Below the pieces are notes generated by a model. It worked only from the letters and a program-made list of their open reading frames with translations, ran no database searches and was not told the DNA's origin. From an uncultured Gammaproteobacteria bacterium (GTDB lineage Bacteria; Patescibacteriota; Microgenomatia; JALYQM01), in assembly GCA_964403585.1 (NCBI GenBank), contig CAYOFQ010000001.1, positions 648,630 through 712,629 of the forward strand: a stretch of 64,000 nucleotides of DNA, read 5' to 3'. Both the position numbers and the translations under genes were made by a program. This document shows, in pieces, positions 20,285-27,894 of this stretch (the first letter of the stretch is position 1; the number at the start of each line of letters is the position of its first letter).

Positions 20285-22798
20285 TCACTCATTGCTACCT
20301 ATTAACTGGAGTTCTTTCCACACCAGCTGGTGAGATTCTTTACCTGCCGGATTAATTGAAATTTGCTGCGTTAATTCTCTCCAGCGGGAGTGCATCTCCA
20401 GTGGATGCGCGTACTGTTCGGCATTGGCATCAGTCATCTCTTCCGTGTAATGTATAGTTCTGCGACCCGTCGATTCAATGAGAATATTTTGCTTCTCAAA
20501 CATGCGATATGTGTTTTGAAAATTAATTACCGGCTCAGTCAGATACGCATACTCTTTAATCAAATCCCACAACACATCATTCACCGCTTCGGAAGTTTCC
20601 ACTACCGGCAGTCCTAAATTTTTTGCTTCAAAGTATACAATCGGATAATCGCTCGAAGGATAACTTTGAGTCAGTGTTTGAACAATCTGTGCTATTTGAG
20701 CATCGGTTCCAGGTGTTTTTCTCAGCTTTAAAAGATTGGTACAAATCCGTTGAACTAATGACAACTGTCGGTTTGCAGCTGCAGTAACTAACGGATGGAA
20801 TGTTTCAGGATCCTGGTTTACCACAGCAGTTGAGGCTTCTTTTTGTCTTGCCGTTGATTTAGACGGCAGCGGGTTTGATGCCTGGAAAATTTCGTTGAGC
20901 GGCACCGCTACTGATTCCTGGTCAAACGATTTGCTGAGCAATTTATGCGAGAACCAGGTGTCAACAGGTGAAAGAAATCCGAACGGATTCATAAGTATCG
21001 AATCACCCGATAACGCCATCATTGTTGTCGCAACCGAAGATTCTTCAGGTAAAATTACCGTCAACTCGTCACAAAACTCGCGAACCAATGTCGCCATTCT
21101 CCAGATAACAGTGCTGTCCGCATCCTGAATAATTGGCAACAAGTAGAGCGATTTCTTTTTTCCTAACTTTCGCAAGTGGCTATAGAGATAGCGCATATCC
21201 TCCATGGATACATAGGTATTGGCCGCATAATACACGAGAACTTTTCCGTGCAGAGATTCTTCCAGGCGTTCAATCGATTCCTGTGTTCGCTCCCAGGCAA
21301 CCGGAGGTTTGCGCGGCGGAAGTGACCCGCTTTGATTTTGAGTCTTTGCTTGTGGACGTTCGGCACGTTGTTCAGGGGCTGGGAGGCGCTGCTCGCGTTC
21401 TTGCTGACGTTGGTCCCGGTCCGGCTGGCGTTGCTCCCGTTCAGGTCGTTGTTCACGCTCCGGCGGACGCTGTTCGCGGTCTGCTCGTTGTTCACGATCT
21501 GCCTGCCGAGGCGGACGTTCTGATTGAGGCATCTCTTTTGGTGCTTCCGGTGTCGTAATATCATTCTCAAAGCGGGGCTCTTCCTGCCGTGCTCGTGGCG
21601 GTTCAGTCTGTATTTTTGGCGCGGGGGGTGCCACCGTTTTTTGTTCAGCACGAGGCATCTGTTCACGCTGTTTAGGCTGCTCAGGTTGCCGTGCAGGTTG
21701 TTGTTGCGACTGCTGCTTTGGTGCTGGCTGTTCCGCCAGCTGGGGAGCTGCTTGAGCCTTCGACTCTTTTTTGGGAGCTGCTGCTACCGGCGGTGCTGGT
21801 GGTTTCGACTGCTGCTGTTGTTGTTTTGGTTGTTGAGGTACCTGCTCAGGCGGCCGCTGCTGCTGTTGCTGAGGGGCTTTTGGCTGTTGCGTCTGCTGCT
21901 TCGGCTGCGGGGGTTGCTGGGGCTGTCGTGCCGGTGCGGGTTGGGGAACCGGTGGCATTTGCTGTGCAGGTTGATTTTGATTAAACGCAGCTTGAAGCGG
22001 CGGAATTGCCGGAGGGCGGCCCGGTGCCTGACCAGGCTGCATCTGTGCATTAAGTGGCGGCAATGACGGTACGCGCTGCGGTTCAGTAGCCTGCGGCATG
22101 GATGGCATCGTTAATGGCGGTAGTACGGGTGATTTATCGGCGACAGTACCGGAAGGGTCATCAAACTGTAAACCGCTGCTCTTCAGCAGATCGTCCAGAC
22201 TCGGTAACTCAAAGGGCACATTTTGCGGATTGGCCTGCTGTCCCTGGTTACTGAAAGGAAGCGGCGGAATCTGACTCTGCTGCGGTACCGGGTTTTCAAC
22301 AGGGGGACGTCCAGGTGGTTGGTTAGGCATAGGCGCTTGACGCTGCGGAGCTGCAGGCTGAGGTGCCGGCATTGGGGCCGGTGCCTCCGGAGCCGGTGCA
22401 GTTCCGTTTGTATAACTTTCCCAGGCTAAATCAGTGATTCTTTTGTAAATCAGGTCAAAGGGCGCTTTTCGCATCTCTCCTTTAAGCCGCTGATAGCTGG
22501 TCATCGTTACCGTATTGTTGCCCATCGCGTCAACGATACTCAAGGTAACATCGGGCACATTGGGAGACGATCCTGAATCATGAACAATATTCGGCAGCTG
22601 AAAAAAACCGACTTCCCTGGCATATTGCAGGACTTCGATAACTTTCTGTCGCTCAATCTGCCGTTCGACGATATCTGTATCAGACTCAAAAATGAGCATT
22701 CGCCCATTGTCGTAAATTTCAACATCCCCGGCACGGGAGTTTGGCGGCAACATACCACCACTCATTTTTACTAGAATAGCTAGATTTGAAACAGGCAT
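20285..22798 (-). CDS. Large (837 aa) protein: N-terminal globular region, very long P/Q/A-rich disordered segment with REQR/DREQR repeats, and a C-terminal ClpP/SDH-like (serine peptidase fold) domain
   Basis: Long, clean ORF. Low-complexity PQ-rich core (…PQPAPARQPQQPPQPKQQTQQPKAPQQQQQRPP…) and tandem DREQRADREQRPPEREQRPEREQRQPDRDQRQQEREQR. C-terminal region KVLVYYAANTYV…LPEESSVATTMMALSGDSILMNPFGFLSPVD resembles the SDH/ClpP-class serine peptidase fold. Confidence 0.7.
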   Translation of the reverse strand: MPVSNLAILVKMSGGMLPPNSRAGDVEIYDNGRMLIFESDTDIVERQIERQKVIEVLQYAREVGFFQLPNIVHDSGSSPNVPDVTLSIVDAMGNNTVTMTSYQRLKGEMRKAPFDLIYKRITDLAWESYTNGTAPAPEAPAPMPAPQPAAPQRQAPMPNQPPGRPPVENPVPQQSQIPPLPFSNQGQQANPQNVPFELPSLDDLLKSSGLQFDDPSGTVADKSPVLPPLTMPSMPQATEPQRVPSLPPLNAQMQPGQAPGRPPAIPPLQAAFNQNQPAQQMPPVPQPAPARQPQQPPQPKQQTQQPKAPQQQQQRPPEQVPQQPKQQQQQSKPPAPPVAAAPKKESKAQAAPQLAEQPAPKQQSQQQPARQPEQPKQREQMPRAEQKTVAPPAPKIQTEPPRARQEEPRFENDITTPEAPKEMPQSERPPRQADREQRADREQRPPEREQRPEREQRQPDRDQRQQEREQRLPAPEQRAERPQAKTQNQSGSLPPRKPPVAWERTQESIERLEESLHGKVLVYYAANTYVSMEDMRYLYSHLRKLGKKKSLYLLPIIQDADSTVIWRMATLVREFCDELTVILPEESSVATTMMALSGDSILMNPFGFLSPVDTWFSHKLLSKSFDQESVAVPLNEIFQASNPLPSKSTARQKEASTAVVNQDPETFHPLVTAAANRQLSLVQRICTNLLKLRKTPGTDAQIAQIVQTLTQSYPSSDYPIVYFEAKNLGLPVVETSEAVNDVLWDLIKEYAYLTEPVINFQNTYRMFEKQNILIESTGRRTIHYTEEMTDANAEQYAHPLEMHSRWRELTQQISINPAGKESHQLVWKELQLIGSNE

Positions 22799-22834
22799 AT
22801 CTAAAGTTTATTAAAGTAGCAATACTCTTGTCAA

Positions 22835-22863
22835 TTGACGAGGAGTGTACGCTGATTTATAAT
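22835..22863 (+). promoter_or_regulatory. Sigma70-like promoter for tRNA-Lys(TTT)
   Basis: TTGACG (22835-22840), 17-nt spacer, TATAAT (22858-22863). The tRNA starts about 22 nt downstream. Confidence 0.6.
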
Positions 22864-22884
22864 CATTACCTAGGAAATAGCTCC

Positions 22885-22956
22885 GGGTCGGTAGCTCAAC
22901 GGTAGAGCAGCAGCCTTTTAAGCTGTTGGTTCTGGGTTCGAATCCCAGCCGACCCA
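22885..22956 (+). tRNA. tRNA-Lys (anticodon TTT)
   Basis: Acceptor GGGTCGG/CCGACCC, D-arm GCTC-AACGGTA-GAGC, anticodon stem GCAGC/GCTGT with loop CTTTTAA, T-arm CTGGG-TTCGAAT-CCCAG. No encoded CCA. Confidence 0.85.
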
Positions 22957-22996
22957 CATCATTGCTTTTATACAACCTCTTTGAAATACTATCTCC

Positions 22997-23620
22997 ATGA
23001 ATAAACTACTGATGGTGTTTTGTTTAGTCGTTATTAGTTTAACGGCCTGTACTCCTGTTAGCGAGACCGTGGTTACCCCTGCTCCCGTCACAGCATCTCC
23101 AGCCCCAACACTCGCCCGCACGGCACCACCCAAAAAATCAGGATACATTCAATATGTAAATGAGGAATTGAAATATGGTTTTAGTTATCCTCAAACAGAA
23201 CAGCTATCAAAGTGTGCCGACTCTCACTGTCTTTCGATTGATCGTATTGGGCTGGTTGTTGAATTTTTAAGCGCCGAAGAAATTTCAGGAAACGACCGGC
23301 TGGCCAGTCTAACCTACAGTGATCTGATGTGCGCCGCTTCGGGGCCGAATGCCTCGATTGATTGTAAGAATCAGTCAGCCGTAGACTTTACCAACGAACT
23401 GGGGTTTAAGGGATACAAAGTAACCCGTACTAAGGAAATTGTCGGAAAAATTTCCTCAGCGGGTATCTATACAGATAGTGTCTATGTTTATCTGTTACCG
23501 GAAGTTGTGAAAGGTCCGGGTCTAACCGACTATGCTGCAGTATTTTTTACGGTTACCCGACCGGATAAAGCCAACCTGAAGTCTCTGGAATCTATTGCCC
23601 AAACAGCCTTTACGTTGTAA
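22997..23620 (+). CDS. Putative lipoprotein (hypothetical)
   Basis: Lipobox-like signal MNKLLMVFCLVVISLTAC followed by a T/P/A-rich stretch and a domain of unknown type. Confidence 0.6.
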   Translation: MNKLLMVFCLVVISLTACTPVSETVVTPAPVTASPAPTLARTAPPKKSGYIQYVNEELKYGFSYPQTEQLSKCADSHCLSIDRIGLVVEFLSAEEISGNDRLASLTYSDLMCAASGPNASIDCKNQSAVDFTNELGFKGYKVTRTKEIVGKISSAGIYTDSVYVYLLPEVVKGPGLTDYAAVFFTVTRPDKANLKSLESIAQTAFTL

Positions 23621-23683
23621 ATTCCGGCTTGTTTTGCAAATGTAAAGACTCCAACATCTTGCGCAATCTGTTAAAATATATAA

Positions 23684-24343
23684 ATGGTAATTAATAAAAG
23701 CAAAGTTATATCCTTGCCACGCGAATATCGCGATAACGAAGACCTTTTTGTTTGCCCGTGCCCTGTGTGCGTGGAGAGAATGTATTCAGACCAAGCCGAG
23801 AAGGCGCAGGTGGAACAAGCCAAAAATATCATTGAAGAAATTTTCCAAAACTCGGCGCTTAAAGTAAAAGACTTCCAGATTCAGGTGGCCTATGCTGACA
23901 CAATTCCAACTGCTCCGGCTAATAAGCCGCGTCCGGAGACTAGAGCTTCACGTGCCGCAATTAAAGCCGTCCTGGGATTAACCACCCGTTTTAACAAGAA
24001 ATACCGTCATCCACTGGTTTGCCAGTTAAATGCATTGGCTTTAGACACACAGACGGACATTCTCCATTACGAAGCCATGGTGGAATACGGTGATTTGGTT
24101 GAAAACCAATTATGGAAGCTGGAAGCAATTGCGACTCAGGTTACGCAAATTGCAGAGATCCTCAGCCAAATTGGTACCGAAGCTTTTCTCAGTCCCGAAA
24201 GAGTTGTTGCCCTGGATAAAAAAATTGAGGTTATCTCACGATCCAATAAAATTCAGCTTAAGAAACTTTTTATCAACGCACTGAAAATACCTGAATTTGA
24301 ACCGCATTGCACATTCGAAGATTTTCAACTACCCTATTATTAA
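23684..24343 (+). CDS. Hypothetical protein
   Basis: 219-aa ORF with no recognisable motif. TATATAAATG context suggests a -10-like box adjacent to the ATG. Confidence 0.5.
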   Translation: MVINKSKVISLPREYRDNEDLFVCPCPVCVERMYSDQAEKAQVEQAKNIIEEIFQNSALKVKDFQIQVAYADTIPTAPANKPRPETRASRAAIKAVLGLTTRFNKKYRHPLVCQLNALALDTQTDILHYEAMVEYGDLVENQLWKLEAIATQVTQIAEILSQIGTEAFLSPERVVALDKKIEVISRSNKIQLKKLFINALKIPEFEPHCTFEDFQLPYY

Positions 24344-24804
24344 TGAGACATCTAAAGACAGTCGTATCTTTCCTGCTCTTGGTGGTGGCAGTCGCTTCAT
24401 TTGGGGCAATAATGTATTCCCGCCGTGAAGTAATCGGCAAAAAATACCTACGCATCAATAACACTGATGTATTTGTCGAAGTAGTGGCTACACCGCAGGA
24501 CCGGGAGAAGGGGTTAAGCGGACATGCACCTCTGGCCCAAAACGAAGGGATGCTCTTTATTTTCGATGAGCCCAAACGCTGGTCGTTCTGGATGCAGGGA
24601 ATGACATTCGGGCTGGATTTTATCTGGATAAATGATAATAAAGTTATCGATCTGCATGAAAACGTCAAGCCTCCGATGCTCACCGATAATAACCCCGAAG
24701 TATTGAGCCCCCGGCTTGATGTTCGCTATGTTCTCGAAGTGAATGAAGGATGGATCAGCAAAAATAATGTAAAAATTGGTGACCTCGTAGAATTCCACAT
24801 CTAA
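24343..24804 (+). CDS. DUF192 (COG1430) family protein
   Basis: N-terminal TM helix plus the DUF192-like core (LSGHAPLAQNEGMLFIFDEPKRWSFWMQGMTFGLDFIWIND). ATG at 24343 overlaps the upstream stop (TAATG). The track start at 24307 is an alternative. Confidence 0.65.
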   Translation: MRHLKTVVSFLLLVVAVASFGAIMYSRREVIGKKYLRINNTDVFVEVVATPQDREKGLSGHAPLAQNEGMLFIFDEPKRWSFWMQGMTFGLDFIWINDNKVIDLHENVKPPMLTDNNPEVLSPRLDVRYVLEVNEGWISKNNVKIGDLVEFHI

Positions 24805-24906
24805 TTCAAAGATAACAGTAATGCTATCCTAAACCGGACACTTGATATTGTAAGATGATTTTTGCTAGTGTAAGCCTGTTAGTAATAACTTCCCATAGGA
24901 GGCCTC

Positions 24907-25044
24907 ATGGCACATCTATTTACTACATTAGAAAACTCTCCGGCAATTCTTGTTTCGATTGTTTTCTTTATTGGGTGGACTGCCTCTTTGTGGGGTTTAC
25001 CGGCTCTGAGAGAATTACTCAAGGGAACCGCAGATTCCGAATAA
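24907..25044 (+). CDS. Possible small membrane peptide (45 aa), unannotated in the ORF track
   Basis: ATG at 24907 preceded by a canonical AGGAGG at a good distance (taggaggcctcATG). Encodes MAHLFTTLENSPAILVSIVFFIGWTASLWGLPALRELLKGTADSE, with one hydrophobic helix. Confidence 0.4.
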   Translation: MAHLFTTLENSPAILVSIVFFIGWTASLWGLPALRELLKGTADSE

Positions 25045-25100
25045 CCATTTACAGTCAATGGCATGTGCTCCTATAATAACTATACTTGGAGAGAGTAATC

Positions 25101-26762
25101 ATGTCTGAACTGCCCACAATCAAAGTAACGTATATCGTTGATACGCTTTTACCTGAAAAATGTCACGATCTCATTGCCATCCATGCTCTTTATGGCGAAG
25201 TTGATGATCAGGATGTCGGTTCATTTGCCGAAAGTCTGATCCTGAACCGCTGGACAAAAGAAGTTGTATCACGCGAAAAATATTCTCAATCCTCCCAGGT
25301 CATTACGCTTAATGAGCATAAGTATTCGGTACCTGTGTCACGATTTAGCCAGAGCCAAACCTTATTTCCTGAAAAAATACTTTCGGAAATACTTTCCGAG
25401 ACGGAAAAGATTCGTATGCATGACCCGCTCACTAAACAGGTGCTACTTATCGTTACGGGAGATAATGTCTTGCATAATGTTTCTATCCGGAAACAGAGCC
25501 ATCTGCCGATTATTCATTTTACTCGCAATACTAACCAGCCACAAAAAATTATCACCGTTCACCCCAACCATTCCGGGATAGCACACGGATTTTTCCATAA
25601 GATTTCGACAAAATCAGAACTTTCCCGGGTAAAGAGGGATACAATCATCGCAGCACCATATCGGATTCTCAAAGAGTACCGGGGCAAATGCAACGGGATA
25701 CTCATTCTAAAAGATCAAACACATTCGGGACCTTATACGATGCACTTCTCGGGCCCGCATCTGGTCGTGGAATCCGCAGATCTTAAAGACATTCCCGAAC
25801 GTACCTATATTTCGCTCAACTCATCCCGGGGTGAGATAGCCATTATTGGCAAAAACGCCCAACTGCGTTCGACTCAGCTGACAGTAACGCAGAAACGCTT
25901 AATCAGAAAAGTTGAAACGGAACAGGTAAAATTCTTCCGGGATCTTTCCGCCGGATCAAAAGGCGAGACACCTACCGTGTACGGGTATAGTTTACTTAAT
26001 CCCACCGAATTGGTCAGATCCGTGCTTGAGCGTCATCGGTCCGGAAGTTTTACGCAAGCACTGATCGATTATATAATGGGGGATTTAAGGCTAACCCCTC
26101 GTAAGCCGTTAGTATACCAGTCACTTTGTGTCAGTTTGGGAACCAAAAATGTATTTGGCAAACACGGTGGGCAGTATTTGCGGGAAAGTCCGGACTTCTT
26201 CCTTGAAGAGTTGGAAGCCCTGCACCAATTATTGTATGTCTATAATTTCTCCGATATAACCCTTACTATTCCGTTTGTAAGAACGGTAAAGGAGCTCGAA
26301 GATATTAAGAAAATAATTGCCAGGCATAAGCTGACGCGTTCGCATAAATTCAAGTTGTTTATTACTGTGCAGGTACCCGCGAACATTCTGCAGTTGAACG
26401 AATATCTCGATGCCGGTTTGGATGGCGTTATTATTGATCTGCAGTGTCTTACCGATCTTACCCTGGGAATTGATTCACATCTATTCAGGAAAGAGTACCG
26501 ACAGGCGGCCCACACATACGAGTTTATGGATGAGACATTTCGCGCTATGCGCAGTGGAGGTGTCTGGGAGATCGATGCGGAGCTGTTTAGACAAGTAAAA
26601 CTCGATGCTGCCATCAATCGAATTTTGGAACATACACGGGAAATCTGCCGCCGTCGTAAGACACCTGTTTATTTATATTTACCGGATACCTATGAAGAAG
26701 AAGTGGAGCAGGAGCTCCGTAAGCAAACTTTGCCTCATTCAGTAATTCCCGCTTATGCCTAA
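25101..26762 (+). CDS. PEP-utilizing enzyme family protein (Enzyme I / PEP synthase-like phosphohistidine + TIM-barrel domains), highly divergent
   Basis: The C-terminal roughly 300 aa align to the PEP-utilizing TIM-barrel (ITLTIPFVRTVKELEDIKKII...LFITVQVPANILQLNEYLDAGLDGVIIDLQCLTDLTLGIDSH; compare MIEVP...FFSIGTNDLTQ). The central segment DQTHSGPYTMHFSGPHLVVES...GEIAI resembles the mobile phosphohistidine domain (GGRTSHAAI...P.VVG...G.V). Several canonical catalytic positions appear substituted. ATG at 25101 has a GGAGAG SD; the track start at 25086 is TTG. Confidence 0.65.
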   Translation: MSELPTIKVTYIVDTLLPEKCHDLIAIHALYGEVDDQDVGSFAESLILNRWTKEVVSREKYSQSSQVITLNEHKYSVPVSRFSQSQTLFPEKILSEILSETEKIRMHDPLTKQVLLIVTGDNVLHNVSIRKQSHLPIIHFTRNTNQPQKIITVHPNHSGIAHGFFHKISTKSELSRVKRDTIIAAPYRILKEYRGKCNGILILKDQTHSGPYTMHFSGPHLVVESADLKDIPERTYISLNSSRGEIAIIGKNAQLRSTQLTVTQKRLIRKVETEQVKFFRDLSAGSKGETPTVYGYSLLNPTELVRSVLERHRSGSFTQALIDYIMGDLRLTPRKPLVYQSLCVSLGTKNVFGKHGGQYLRESPDFFLEELEALHQLLYVYNFSDITLTIPFVRTVKELEDIKKIIARHKLTRSHKFKLFITVQVPANILQLNEYLDAGLDGVIIDLQCLTDLTLGIDSHLFRKEYRQAAHTYEFMDETFRAMRSGGVWEIDAELFRQVKLDAAINRILEHTREICRRRKTPVYLYLPDTYEEEVEQELRKQTLPHSVIPAYA

Positions 26763-27894
26763 AATCGAAAAACTTACTGCTATAAAGATTTCGCACGACA
26801 ATACGTCTCTCCTTGGGATTCAGCTGAAGCTGGATAATGGTTTGGTAGTCCAGTCAAATTTTCCGGTGCAGGGTAATGACCCTACACATGATGTTACTAA
26901 GGCTATGACGGTTATCAATGACATAGTCGCGCAAATCGTCGAAGGACTTAATCCGCTGCGCCAAAAAGAACTTGATAAAATGATCACCGAATTAAGTGCA
27001 ATTCACGAACAGTCGGCACTACGGGCAAATATATCACTTGCTCTCTCTCTCACTATATTAAAAGCCGCCGCCGCACTTAATAATCTTGATCCGGTTACCT
27101 ATATACGTACAATATATGGTTTCGATCAAGGTAGAGAGCATCGGCCGATCCTGGTTTTTACGTGTATCAAAAATGAAGGAGGCACGGGAGCTTTTAAAGA
27201 GTTTTTCGTGATCCCTGCACGCAGTAAATCAACTTCGGAGTCATTGCTGATGTTCCGGGGTGTTGCTGCTGCATTAAAATCCGATACTCCGCTGATCACC
27301 ACTCACCATGAAATCATGAATACGGTGCAAATCGAATTATTGGAAAAACAGATACTCTGTCTGGGATTTTCATTGCACCATGATGTGTATCTCGGATTCA
27401 AGCCGGATCTCATCTATGACGAACAAAGAGGGTACCGTTGTACTGATATGCTGCAGGATGTCAGTGCCAACCAGATGGTTGAATATTACAAGGAACTCCA
27501 GACGTTATATTCACCATTAATTCAAGAAAATCTGTTTGCCTCTCATGACCTTATTTCGCTCGTAACACTCCATAAAGAGATTGGTGATCAAACAATACTC
27601 ACCGTGAGTTCCGAACGTGTCACCACGCCGGTTGAGTGCCGCAGGTATGCTGCTGCGCTGCCCACAGCGATGCTGAATTTAACGCATCAATCAGTTCCTT
27701 CGGTAACACAGTATATCGAGCTAATCGATGCCGCTAAAAAAGCTGATTGGAAGGTAATGATCGATACGAATGGCTGCAGTGATTATGGATTGTTATTCGC
27801 CCTCTCAGCTGCCGCTCAGGTGGACTTTATAAAAATGGATAGGTGTGACTTAGAAATAGAAAAGGAACTCTCATATGTTGGACAAAGCGATTAA
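26755..27894 (+). CDS. Enolase-family protein, divergent (probable pseudo-enolase lacking most catalytic residues)
   Basis: Clear enolase-specific similarity in the N-terminal and central regions (VTKAMTVINDIVAQIVEG...ANISLALSLTILKAAAALNNLDPVTYIRTIYG vs enolase VTKAVAAVNGPIAQALIG...GANAILAVSLANAKAAAA...PLYEHIAELNG, and ILVFTCIKNEGGTGAFKEFFVIPARSKSTSESLLMFRGVAAALK vs [30 protein letters not shown]...EVFHHLAKVLK). It is only 379 aa, the SGASTG loop is deleted, and the catalytic Glu/Lys/Asp positions appear replaced when compared by eye. Confidence 0.7.
   Translation: MPKIEKLTAIKISHDNTSLLGIQLKLDNGLVVQSNFPVQGNDPTHDVTKAMTVINDIVAQIVEGLNPLRQKELDKMITELSAIHEQSALRANISLALSLTILKAAAALNNLDPVTYIRTIYGFDQGREHRPILVFTCIKNEGGTGAFKEFFVIPARSKSTSESLLMFRGVAAALKSDTPLITTHHEIMNTVQIELLEKQILCLGFSLHHDVYLGFKPDLIYDEQRGYRCTDMLQDVSANQMVEYYKELQTLYSPLIQENLFASHDLISLVTLHKEIGDQTILTVSSERVTTPVECRRYAAALPTAMLNLTHQSVPSVTQYIELIDAAKKADWKVMIDTNGCSDYGLLFALSAAAQVDFIKMDRCDLEIEKELSYVGQSD

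Noticed and set aside
20087-20305. 72-aa plus-strand ORF overlapping the 3' end of the PQ-rich gene
   Set aside because: No SD, and it overlaps the convergent gene by 20 nt. A hydrophobic stretch exists, so this is not excluded, but the evidence is insufficient to call it.
21133-22429. Plus-strand ORFs (21133-21558, 21524-22066, 21691-21984, 22223-22429) and the minus-strand ORF 21163-21666 inside the PQ-rich gene
   Set aside because: They arise from the repetitive, GC-rich codon structure (CAG/CCG/CGC repeats), give Arg/Leu/Cys-rich nonsense translations, and sit entirely within the long coherent minus-strand ORF.
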